Source of the DNA: an uncultured Pseudomonadota bacterium
Lineage (GTDB): Bacteria > SAR324 > NAC60-12
Assembly (NCBI GenBank): GCA_913020725.1
Contig: CAJWCD010000039.1
Coordinates: 1 to 26,312 of the forward strand
DNA: 26,312 bases
Direction of reading: 5' to 3'
The position numbers and the translations under genes are program-made. Numbering within the stretch: position 1 is the stretch's first letter; each line of letters opens with the position of its first letter. Below the pieces are notes generated by a model, which saw only the letters and a program-made list of their open reading frames with translations, did no database searches and was not told where the DNA came from. Below are positions 1 through 9,200 of the stretch, piece by piece.

Positions 1-439
1 CGTGATTGCGTGGGGTACGAGTACCGTTGTTGAGGCGGCAAAGACGGCAGCACAGTCTGCACGGGACACGGCATTGGCGCACCGTGATGACGCCAGCCAG
101 CACAAAACAACGGCAGAGCGTTGGGCGAAGCTGGAGGACGCAACAGTGGTGGACGCAGACACCAGCGTGGATTCTGGGGAGTACAGTGCAAAGGAATACG
201 CGGTTGGTGACACGGTCACTACCGGTTCCGCAAAGGAGTGGGCGAGCAAGGCGTACAACTCGGCAGTGGTGACGAGTCCATCAAACGAGTACAGCGCGAA
301 GCACTACGCACAGAACATTCAGGAGTGGGCAACCAAGGATGATGGCGCAGTATCGGGGAGCGATTACTCCGCCAAGGCCTACGCCAGTATCGAAGGGGCC
401 AACGCGCCCCCGGAGGGGAGTGCAAAGGAGTGGGCAACT
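1..439 (+). CDS. Partial phage-like structural/tail-fibre-type repeat protein (probably 5' truncated; coherent coding ends at about 439)
   Basis: Frame 2 is Ala/Thr/Ser-rich with alternating repeats: YSAKEYA (182), SAKEWA (227), YSAKHYA (290), IQEWA, YSAKAYA (365), SAKEWA (419). Such repeats resemble marine phage virion proteins (recognition, not a database hit). After about 440 the ORF reads on into unrelated sequence to 571. Confidence 0.5.
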
Positions 440-662
440 CCACAGCAGCGCAGCATTCCCATCGGCAACCAGCATATCGTCTCAGACCCAGACCCTCCAA
501 GAAGTGGCGGAGCGCATCAACGCCCTCGTCGGCTCTCGCAATTCCACATCGCAGCCCCCCTCACAGGCTGAGGTTGCACTGCAACCCTTGCCTGCTTCTT
601 CCTTCGCCATTCCAGCAAAAAGACCACTCCGAGCCGTTTCCGGCTGCTTGGAAGGAGAGTGA
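433..662 (+). pseudogene. C-terminal fragment of a probable methyl-accepting chemotaxis protein
   Basis: GNSTAAQHS (433-459), then a 1-nt frameshift, then SATSISSQTQTLQEVAERINALVGSR and a Pro/Ser-rich tail ending TGA at 660-662. This resembles the MCP second methylation helix (QNAA..EESAAAS.ELSSQA..L...V..L.ALVG). Confidence 0.45.
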
Positions 663-665
663 GAA

Positions 666-3104
666 TCAGGCCCGCAGTTTGAGGTTTTCCGGGTCGCAGG
701 GAGATTCCGGAATCACGCGGGCAGGGCAACGCTCGCCAAGAATTTCCACCTCCAACTCAGTGCCGACTGCGGCGAACTCAGGCGGGACATAGCCGAGCGA
801 GAGGCTTTTGCCAATGGTGTGTCCATAGGCTCCGGAAGTGCCGCGTCCAATCATCGTACCGTTGTGGAAAATCGGTTCGCTGCCCAGCGGATCTGCATCG
901 GTCACATCCACCTCTAGCGTGACATAGTTGAGTGGCAAGCCCTGCTCCTGCTGCTTGAGCAGCGCGGCTTTTCCGGGGAATTCCTTGCCGAAATTGATGA
1001 AGCGCAGCAGTCCGGCTTCGAGCAGGCTGTACTCACGGGCGAGGTCCATGCCGATCATGCGGTAGGATTTTTCGATGCGCATGGACTCCATCGCGTATAT
1101 TCCAAAGTGGACCATGCCGAACTCCTGCCCCGCCTCACAGAGAGCGTCAAAAAGCTCAACTTGGCGGTTGATGGGGTGGTGCAGTTCCCAGCCGAGTTCG
1201 CCGACGAAGTTCACGCGCAACCCCAGCATCGGCACTCCTGCGACTTCAACGGGTTGCGAGGTCAGCCAGCGGAAACTAGTGTTGCTGAGATCAGTACCGG
1301 TGAGCTTGGAGAGCAGGTTTCTGGACTGTGGGCCGCAGACGACCAGCGCGCCGATTGCTGTGGTCATGTTCTCCAGCGCCACGCTGCCGTCATCCGGAAG
1401 CGACCGCAGCAGCACATCGTGGTCAATGCGCTCCGCCGCGCCCGCGCTGACGAGGTAGAAGGTGTCGTCGCCGGTGCGTGTGATTGTGAACTCGGATTCC
1501 ACTTCCCCCGCCTTGGTGAGCGCGTGGGCCAGCACAATGCCGCCGATCTGCTTGGGCAGACGGTTTGCGACAATCCCATCAAGCAAGGCTTCGGCTCCGG
1601 GGCCAGAGACCTTGTGTTTGGTGAACGGGGTCAGGTCGAGCAGCCCCACACGCTCGCGCACGGCCCGGCATTCTGCACCGACAACCTCAAACCAGTTGGT
1701 GCGGCGCGTGTGGAAGCTGTACTTGTTCTGCGGTGCCATGCCTTGCGGGGCAAACCAGTTGGGACGCTCCCAGCCGTAGCGTTGCCCGAAGGTGGCGTTG
1801 AGTGTTTTTTGGCGGTCGTAGATTGCGCTGGTCTTGGCCGGACGCGCCGCTAGCCGTTCCTCAAAATCGTAATGGATGACAAAAACGTGTTCGTAGGCTT
1901 CCTCGTTCTTTTCCTTGATGAAGTCGCGGCCGGACTGCGTGGCGCTGTAGCGGCGCGGATCGACTCCGGTCATGTCAATGCTTGGGTTGCCCTCGACGAT
2001 CCACTCCGCGAGAAATTTCCCGCCGCCGCCTGCTGCCGTGATTCCAAAGCTGTGCCCTTCTGAAAGCCAGAAGTTGCGCAATCCCCAGGCCGGGCCGATG
2101 ATCGGGTTGCCGTCCGGGGTGTAGGCAATGGGACCATTGACGGTTTGCTTGATTCCGGCATCTGCGAAGAGTGGCACACGATCCCCCGCAGCGAGGATGT
2201 GCGGTTCCAACCTCTCCAAATCCGGAGGCAGCAATTCCTGTCCGAAACCCTCCGGAACACCATCCAGCGCCCACGCTGGAGCGCCTTTTTCGTAGGGACC
2301 GAGGATCAGGCCATCCTGCTCTTGGCGCATGTAGTAGGAGGCGTCGCTCTCGCGCAAAACCGGCATTTCCGGATTGCCCGCACGATTGTAATCGGCAAGT
2401 TCCGGGATGGTGTCAGTGATGATGTACTGGTGTTCAACGGGCACCACCGGAAGTTCCAGTCCAACCATTCGCCCCGTCTGCCGAGCGTAATTTCCGGTGC
2501 AGGAAATCACGACCTCGCAGGTGACCTCCCCCTTGTCAGTGGAGACCACCCACTCGTCATTCGATTTTTGTTGAATGCCTGTGACTTCAGTTTGAGTGTA
2601 GATTTCGGCCCCCTGTGAGCGAGCGCCTTTGGCCATCGCCATCGTCACATCAACGGGGGCAACATGCCCATCGTCCGGATGAAAGAGTGCTCCGACGAGT
2701 CCCTCCGGGTTGATGAACGGCCAGGTTTTTTTGATCTCGTCAATGCCGAGCAGGTGGTAGTTGACCCCGACCGTGCTGGCGGTGCCGCAATAGCGTTTGT
2801 ACTCGTCCATGCGCTCCGAGTTCGTCGCCAGCCGCAAGTTGCCGTTTTTGTGCAGGCTGACGGGCTGTCCGGTTTCCGCTTCCAAAGATTCGTAGAGTTC
2901 GATGGTGTAGCGGTGGACCTTGCCAACGCTGTAACTCATGTTGAAGAGCGGCAGCAACCCGGCGGCGTGCCATGTCGAGCCGGAGGTCAAGTCCAGTTTC
3001 TCGAACAGCACGGTGTCCGTCCAGCCCAGCTTTGCCAAGTGGTACTGCACACTGACGCCCACGATGCCACCGCCGATGATCGCCGCTCGGTACTGTGTTT
3101 TCAT
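666..3104 (-). CDS. GcvT-family FAD-dependent oxidoreductase (dimethylglycine/sarcosine dehydrogenase-like), 812 aa
   Basis: N-terminal GGGIVG FAD motif, GSTWHAAG covalent-FAD His motif, YTPDGNP, GWERP, and a C-terminal folate-binding GcvT domain (GELGWELH, SMRIEKSY). RBS GAGG upstream. Confidence 0.92.
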   Translation of the reverse strand: MKTQYRAAIIGGGIVGVSVQYHLAKLGWTDTVLFEKLDLTSGSTWHAAGLLPLFNMSYSVGKVHRYTIELYESLEAETGQPVSLHKNGNLRLATNSERMDEYKRYCGTASTVGVNYHLLGIDEIKKTWPFINPEGLVGALFHPDDGHVAPVDVTMAMAKGARSQGAEIYTQTEVTGIQQKSNDEWVVSTDKGEVTCEVVISCTGNYARQTGRMVGLELPVVPVEHQYIITDTIPELADYNRAGNPEMPVLRESDASYYMRQEQDGLILGPYEKGAPAWALDGVPEGFGQELLPPDLERLEPHILAAGDRVPLFADAGIKQTVNGPIAYTPDGNPIIGPAWGLRNFWLSEGHSFGITAAGGGGKFLAEWIVEGNPSIDMTGVDPRRYSATQSGRDFIKEKNEEAYEHVFVIHYDFEERLAARPAKTSAIYDRQKTLNATFGQRYGWERPNWFAPQGMAPQNKYSFHTRRTNWFEVVGAECRAVRERVGLLDLTPFTKHKVSGPGAEALLDGIVANRLPKQIGGIVLAHALTKAGEVESEFTITRTGDDTFYLVSAGAAERIDHDVLLRSLPDDGSVALENMTTAIGALVVCGPQSRNLLSKLTGTDLSNTSFRWLTSQPVEVAGVPMLGLRVNFVGELGWELHHPINRQVELFDALCEAGQEFGMVHFGIYAMESMRIEKSYRMIGMDLAREYSLLEAGLLRFINFGKEFPGKAALLKQQEQGLPLNYVTLEVDVTDADPLGSEPIFHNGTMIGRGTSGAYGHTIGKSLSLGYVPPEFAAVGTELEVEILGERCPARVIPESPCDPENLKLRA

Positions 3105-3202
3105 TTTCGCCTCTGTTATTGGGAAATTAGGAACTATTGCATTACCGGGGTTGCCGTGTTGTCTAAATCAACGGCCCCGATGTTGTCACTTTTGCAGTAA
3201 AC

Positions 3203-3230
3203 ACTTTAATCCTGCCGGATTGCGCTTCAA
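3203..3230 (-). promoter_or_regulatory. Putative sigma70 promoter of the GcvT-family gene
   Basis: Minus strand TTGAAG-N16-TAAAGT, about 100 nt upstream of the ATG. Confidence 0.3.
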
Positions 3231-3466
3231 GCCAAGATCGCAGGATCGGAAATTTTTGTGGAGGACCGGAGGAGCGGTTCAGTTTATGGCGTCGGCGTCG
3301 CTGGTCTCGAACTTGGCGGCAAAGAACTGGCCGGAGGACTCCACGCCCAGGGCCACTTCGCCACCCCTACCATTCCTGAGTGCGCGGACCCAACGGGAAC
3401 ACCAACAAGCTCATCCACCCTGTTGCACTTACGAGTTGAATCCGCGCATTTTAACGACGATGCGAG

Positions 3467-5320
3467 TCAATCGAGGTCCTGCATGCCGATTGCTTCAAAG
3501 GTGGCGGGGGCCACGGTCATTGCCGGAGTTTCAGGGGTGGCCACGACAACATGGGGTGGAGTTTCGGGGGCAACGTCCATCAACAACAAGGCACGCTGCA
3601 TGATTTCCCGGAAGATCGGAGCGGCGGCTTTGCTGCCGTAGTGGTTGGGGCGTGGAGGTTCTTTAACCACAACCAAGGCTGTGAAAACGGGTTGGGAGGC
3701 TGGAGCAAACCCAACAAAAGATGCCCAGAATTTGGTGTTGGAGTAGCGCCCAAGGCTGGGGTCGAATTTTTGACTGGTGCCGGTTTTTCCAGCAATCTTG
3801 TAGCCCGGAATCGCCACCTTCGTGGCGGTGCCACCGCGTTCGGTGACAGAGACCATGAAGCGCGTGAGGATGCGGGCGATTGAGGTGTCGATGACGCGCC
3901 GAGGAGCCTTTGGCCCAAAGTGAGCCAGCACTGCTCCCGATTCATCGAAGAACTCGGTGTGTCGCTCTCCGGATTCATCTTCCATGTATTCAACGACGTA
4001 AGGGGGGCGCCACTCGCCCTCGTTGGCAATCGCATTGATCGCGGCCACCACTTGCAGCGGGGACGCCAAAATGCCTTGCCCATAGGAGAGGTTGGCATGG
4101 TCCACCCGTGTCCATTTTTCCGGAGGAAGCAGTTGGCCGGTCGCTTCACCGGGGAGTCCCGCACGGGTTTTTGCTCCAAAGCCAAACTTGGTGATGTAGT
4201 CGTGAAACTGTGCAGGCGTCATCTCCATGCCGATTTTCGCGGCACAAATATTCGACGATTTTTGAATGACTTGCCCCACCTCAAGGTTTCCGTGCGGTCG
4301 GCTGTCCCGGATCACCCTGTCGGCAACCTGAAACCGTCCCTCTTCACAGAAGAACTCCTGCGTGGGCGTGATGATCCCCTCATTCAGCGCGGAGGCCACC
4401 GTGATGACCTTGAAGGTGGAGCCGGGTTCATAGCCATGCGTGATTGCAGCGTTGACCTGCTGTGCGGCATCATATCGTCGGTAACGGTTGGGGTCGAAGT
4501 CCGGATAGTTTGCCAGCGCAAGAATCTGCCCGGTTGGGGCGTGCAGCACAATGGCCACTCCGGATTTGCCCTGAACGCGCTTGACGCCCTTGCGCAGGGC
4601 GCTTTCTGCAATATGCTGGAGGGTGGAGTCCAGCGTGAGGTGCAGGGTGTGCTGGTTGAACTCCCAACGCTCATCCCGGATTTCCGGGCGGGTCCGGAAC
4701 ATGCCTTCCTTTTCCACCACATACGCGACCTCTTCCCCGTGAAGCCAGCGGTTGTAGCCGTACTCCAAGCCCCCCAAACCCTGAGAATCAACTCCAGTGA
4801 AGCCGAGCAATGCCCCGGCGAGTTCTCCGGCGGGATAATACCTCCGGAACTCCGGAAGAAACTTCAGCCCGTCAATCTCCAGTTTCTGAATCTGCTGCAC
4901 CTGTTGCGGGGTGAGTTGACGCTTGATCCAGAGGAAGGGGGCTTTGGATTTCAGCTGGGCCGCGAGTTTCCTTGAGCTGGTTTTGAGGATTGGCGCCAGC
5001 CGCTTGGCCACTCGCTTGCGCTGCTTGAGTTGGGAGGGGTTGGTGTAGAGCGAGCCGACCGGAACCGACACCGCGAGGATGCGGCCATTGCGGTCGAAGA
5101 TTTTTCCGCGTCGGGGTTCGAGCCGCACCGTGCGCTGCTGCTGCATGCGGGCGCGTTTTTCAGAAGCAGGGCCTTGCAGGATTTGCAGATAGTAGGTGCG
5201 CCCCAGCACCGCCACCAGCACCATGCCCATCACGCCCAGCACCGTGAGCAGCCGGAAGTTGAAGCTGAAGCTTTCGTAATGCTCCGCTCCGGAGGGCCGT
5301 ACAGTTTTGGAATCCGCCAT
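3467..5320 (-). CDS. ftsI: Penicillin-binding protein 3 (septal transpeptidase)
   Basis: N-terminal TM anchor, PRRGKIFDRNG, RYYPAG, GLEY, EPGSTFK (SxxK), SSN (SxN), GKTGT (KTG). Directly follows an ftsL-like gene (TAATG overlap). Confidence 0.95.
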   Translation of the reverse strand: MADSKTVRPSGAEHYESFSFNFRLLTVLGVMGMVLVAVLGRTYYLQILQGPASEKRARMQQQRTVRLEPRRGKIFDRNGRILAVSVPVGSLYTNPSQLKQRKRVAKRLAPILKTSSRKLAAQLKSKAPFLWIKRQLTPQQVQQIQKLEIDGLKFLPEFRRYYPAGELAGALLGFTGVDSQGLGGLEYGYNRWLHGEEVAYVVEKEGMFRTRPEIRDERWEFNQHTLHLTLDSTLQHIAESALRKGVKRVQGKSGVAIVLHAPTGQILALANYPDFDPNRYRRYDAAQQVNAAITHGYEPGSTFKVITVASALNEGIITPTQEFFCEEGRFQVADRVIRDSRPHGNLEVGQVIQKSSNICAAKIGMEMTPAQFHDYITKFGFGAKTRAGLPGEATGQLLPPEKWTRVDHANLSYGQGILASPLQVVAAINAIANEGEWRPPYVVEYMEDESGERHTEFFDESGAVLAHFGPKAPRRVIDTSIARILTRFMVSVTERGGTATKVAIPGYKIAGKTGTSQKFDPSLGRYSNTKFWASFVGFAPASQPVFTALVVVKEPPRPNHYGSKAAAPIFREIMQRALLLMDVAPETPPHVVVATPETPAMTVAPATFEAIGMQDLD

Positions 5321-5721
5321 TACTCAGTGTAGGCGGTGGGGAGTGTTGTTGCAGGTGCAGCGAAATCGTTTTGTACCAGCCGCAGGATGCCGTGCTGTTC
5401 CAGCGAGGGCACGGAGAGGCCAAGGTGTTGGACGGCAAGGGCTTCCAGACGTTGTGGACGCGTGAGGTGCGTGATCTCGACTTCCAGTAAATCGAGCGTC
5501 AGCACCTGTTGCTCGCGCTCTTGCTCCAAACTCTGAATGCGGGTGCTGAGGTGGCGGACGTGGATCCACTGGGCAAGGTAGGTCATGCAACCCGCCGTGA
5601 GCAGCACGCTGACCAGCAGAGCAATTCGGAAGGAGCGAATCGTCAGCCAAAACACCTGTGGCACCAGCCACCAGCGAAACTGGCGTCGCAAAACTTTGGG
5701 GCGTCGGCGCACGATCTTCAC
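5320..5721 (-). CDS. ftsL: Cell division protein FtsL-like
   Basis: Basic N-terminus, one TM helix, leucine heptad coiled coil (IQSLEQEREQQVLTLDLLEVEITHL), and LTRPQRLEALAVQHLGL motif. Stop overlaps the ftsI start. Start codon uncertain (GTG 5721 chosen; ORF open to 5781). Confidence 0.8.
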   Translation of the reverse strand: MKIVRRRPKVLRRQFRWWLVPQVFWLTIRSFRIALLVSVLLTAGCMTYLAQWIHVRHLSTRIQSLEQEREQQVLTLDLLEVEITHLTRPQRLEALAVQHLGLSVPSLEQHGILRLVQNDFAAPATTLPTAYTE

Positions 5722-5837
5722 AGCACAATTGACGGAAAAACAGAGGTGGCACCCGCCTGCGGATTTGCTTGGAGAAACCAAGGCACTCCCGTTGCACGAA
5801 CCGTCCCAAACCGAGCAACTTCAACTGGAGAAAAAGA

Positions 5838-6248
5838 ATGCCTGTAACGTGGACAATGTTGGTGGCGGTGGGAACCGGAGGGGCGCTGGGCGCGGTGGCT
5901 CGTTTTGCGGTTTCGCGTCAGGTGAGCCTTTGGCTGGGCGCCGCGCTCCCGTGGGGGACGCTTGCGGTCAATGTGCTGGGGTCGTTTCTGCTGGGCTTTC
6001 TCGCGGCGTGGTTCCGGAGCCGCACGGAGTTGCCTCCAGAGTGGCAGGCCCTGTGGACGGTGGGTTTTCTGGGGGCGTTCACCACCTTCTCGACGTTCAG
6101 CAACGAGGTGGTTGGACTCCTGCAAGCCGATGCCAGTCTGCGGGCGCTCGCCACCATTGCGGCCAATGTCCTGCTTTGCCTCTGTTGCTGCTGGGGCGGC
6201 GTGTGGCTCGCCCGGAGTTTTGGAGCGGCGTTGAACGCCGCCGCTTAG
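5838..6248 (+). CDS. crcB: Fluoride channel Fluc/CrcB
   Basis: VGTGGALGAVARF, PWGTLAVNVLGSF and GFLGAFTTFSTF signature motifs. GGAG RBS at 5827-5830. Overlaps the ileS stop by 4 nt (convergent). Confidence 0.93.
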   Translation: MPVTWTMLVAVGTGGALGAVARFAVSRQVSLWLGAALPWGTLAVNVLGSFLLGFLAAWFRSRTELPPEWQALWTVGFLGAFTTFSTFSNEVVGLLQADASLRALATIAANVLLCLCCCWGGVWLARSFGAALNAAA

Positions 6249-9200
6249 GCTGCTACCGTCTTTTTGACGGTGATGCGGCAGACTTCGCCGTTGAGGTCCC
6301 ATGCGGTTCCTTCCGTGGAGTCCTGGGGTTCGAGGTGATCGCAGAGGGTTTCGGTGCAAATGAACCCGGAGTGTGCGTCCAGCGCGGACTGCACGTCCTC
6401 GGTGCTTTGGAAGCCCACCCGGATGCGATCCATCACATCAAGGTCCAAATCCTTGCGCATGTTCTGCACTTTGTTGACGAACTCCCGTGCCAATCCTTCC
6501 TGCACCAATTCCGGGGTCAGCGTGGTGTCGAGTGCCACGGAAAGTCGGTCGTCGGTTTCCACGAGCAAGCCCTCCTTCTGCTGACGCTGCACCAGAATCT
6601 CATCCGGGCCAAAATCCATCGACACGCCTGCGACTTCAACAGTAACGGAACCTCCGTTCAGTACCTTCTGAATTTGCTCCGGATTCAGTGAAGACAACGC
6701 TTGGGCGGCGGATTTCATCCGCTTGCCCAAACGCGGACCCAGCACTTTGAAGTTCGCCTTGGCACTGAGATCCACCAACCCACCCTCATCCGGAGTGACC
6801 TCCAGCGTCTTGACGTTGAGTTCATCGGAGATCAATTCGCCGAGTTCGTCAAGCACCTGTTGTGCTTCCGGGTCACGGGTGATCAGCGTTAGTTTGGGCA
6901 AGGGTTGCCGCACTTTAAGCTGGTGCTTGGCCCGCAGGGCACGACCCATTGTGACCGCAGCAAGCACGATGTCCATCTGTGCCTCCAACTCCGGAATCCG
7001 CAGTTGTGCATCAGGTTCCGGGAAGAGCGCGAGGTGAACGCTTTCCAGTTCGCCGTCACGGCGTAGCGTCCGGAAAATGCCATCTGCGATGAACGGAATG
7101 AAGGGCGCGATGACCTTGCTGAATTCCTGTAGCACTTTGTAGAGCGTCGCATAGGCTTGACGCTTGTCTTCGCCCTGTCCTGCTTTCCAGAAGCGGCGAC
7201 GGCTGCGGCGGATGTACCAGTTCGTGAGTAGGTCAATGAAACCCACAAAGGGCGCGACCGAGCGGTTGAGGTCGTAGAGGTCCATCTGCTTCTGCACCTC
7301 CGCGATCAGTCGCTGTAGGCATGAAAGAATCCAGCGGTCGAGTGCATTTTTCGCAGAAACCGCAAGGTTGTCATCCGTGGGTTCCCAACCGTCAATGCGG
7401 GCGTAGGTGGTGAGGAAGGCGAGGGCGTTCCAAAGTGGGAGCAGCAGTTGCCGGGTGGTTTCGATGAGCCCTTTTTCGCTGAAGCGCAAGTCCTCGCCGC
7501 GTACTGCTGGGCTGTTGAGCATGTAGAGCCGAATCGCATCAGCCCCATACTGATCCAGCATTTCGTTCGGGTCCGGGTAATTCTTGAGCCGTTTGCTCAT
7601 CTTCTTGCCGTCCTCGGCGAGGATCAGTCCGTTGACAATGCAGTTCTTGAACGCCGGGACGTCGAAGAGCGCGGAACCCAGCACCGCGAGTGTGTAGAAC
7701 CAACCCCGCGTTTGGTCGAGCCCTTCGCAGATGAAATCAGCAGGGAAGTTCGCCTCGAAGACCGTCTTGTTCTCGAAGGGATAATGCTCCTGCGCGTAGG
7801 GCATGGAACCGGACTCGAACCAGCAGTCGAGGACTTCCGGAATGCGGCGGTAGGTCTTGCCGTCGCGCTCAATGACCAAATCATCGACGTGCTGCTTGTG
7901 GAGGTCTGGAATCACTTGACCAACGGCACCCTCCAATTCCGCGACGCTGCCAAAGCAGAGGATGTCGCCGTCCTCGTTTTTCCAAATCGGCAGGGGGGTG
8001 CCCCAGAAACGATTGCGGCTGATCGCCCAGTCGCGTGCGTTTTCCAGCCACTTGCCAAAGCGCCCGTCGCGGATGTGTCCGGGCACCCAGTGGACCGTGC
8101 GGTTGTGCGCGACCATGCGCTCCTTGAACGCCTCGACGTTGACGAACCAAGTGGAGATCGGCTTGTAGATCAGTGGGGTGTCGGTGCGCCAGCAGAAGGG
8201 ATAGCTGTGCTGCACCGTCTCGTGCCGGAACATCTTCCCCTCCTCCTTGAGCCGCTGGACGATCGGCTTGTCGGCATCCTTGATGTTCAACCCGGCGATG
8301 AAGTCCGTGGACTCCCGGAAGTTGCCCTCGTCGTCAACAGGATCGAACACGGGCAGTCCTTCACGCTGGAAGATGCGCACGTCGTCCTCCCCGAAGCAGG
8401 CGAGATGCACCAAGCCCGTGCCGCTTTCTTCACTGACGTAATCGTCAAGCTGCACCGTCCATGCTTTGGAGGTGTCCACATGGTTTTTGGCAAAATCGAA
8501 GAGCGGCTCATAGCACATGCCCTGCAATGCTGTGCCCGGCATTTCCTCCAAAATTTCGTAGCTTCCGGACTCAAAATGTGCCTCGACCCGGTTTTTGACG
8601 AGGTAGTAGCAGGTGCCGCTTGCACACTCCCGGAGCTTGACATAAGTTAGCTCTGGACCCGCACAGAGTGCCATGTTCGAGGGCAGGGTCCACGGGGTGG
8701 TCGTCCATGCGAGCAAGTGGCTGTCCGGCTCACCGATCACCCGGAAGCGCAGGGTCACGGAGGGATCCTGCACGTCCTGATAGTTCAGGTTCGCCTCGAA
8801 GTTCGACAACGGGGTTGAAATGCGCCACGAGTAGGGGACGACCTTGAGTCCTTCGTAAATCAGCCCCTTGTCCCAAAGTTGCTTGAAGACCCACCAGACC
8901 GACTCCATGAAGTCTCGGTCCATCGTCTTGTAATCGTTGTCGAAATCCACCCAACGGGCCATGCGTTCCACAGTTTCCCGCCACTCGCTAGTGTAGCGCA
9001 GCACGATGGAGCGGCACTCCTCGTTGAAGTTCTCCACTCCGAATTTCTCGATCTCAGGACGACCCTTGAGTTTCAGCGCTTGCTCCACCTCGTACTCGAC
9101 GGGCAGGCCGTGCGTGTCCCAGCCAAAGCGACGCTCCACCCGGAAGCCGCGCATTGTCTTGTAGCGTGGGATCACGTCCTTGATGGTGCCTGCGAGCAAG

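Noticed and set aside
170..440. CRISPR array or DGR template/variable repeats
   Set aside because: The repeats are degenerate, codon-phased and irregularly spaced. Differences are not adenine-specific, and no cas or reverse transcriptase gene is present.
3105..3466. Glycine riboswitch upstream of the GcvT-family gene
   Set aside because: The GGAGA...CCGAAG...CUCUCAGG aptamer core is not found in the right arrangement on the minus strand.
5722..5837. Fluoride riboswitch upstream of crcB
   Set aside because: No GGxGAUGG...GCUGAUGAC-type consensus elements are visible.
3920..8650. Long plus-strand ORFs (3920-4975, 5585-6691, 7448-8650) and similar antisense ORFs elsewhere
   Set aside because: Shadow ORFs opposite ftsI and ileS, or out of frame with crcB, as expected in GC-rich DNA. 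No recognisable motifs.
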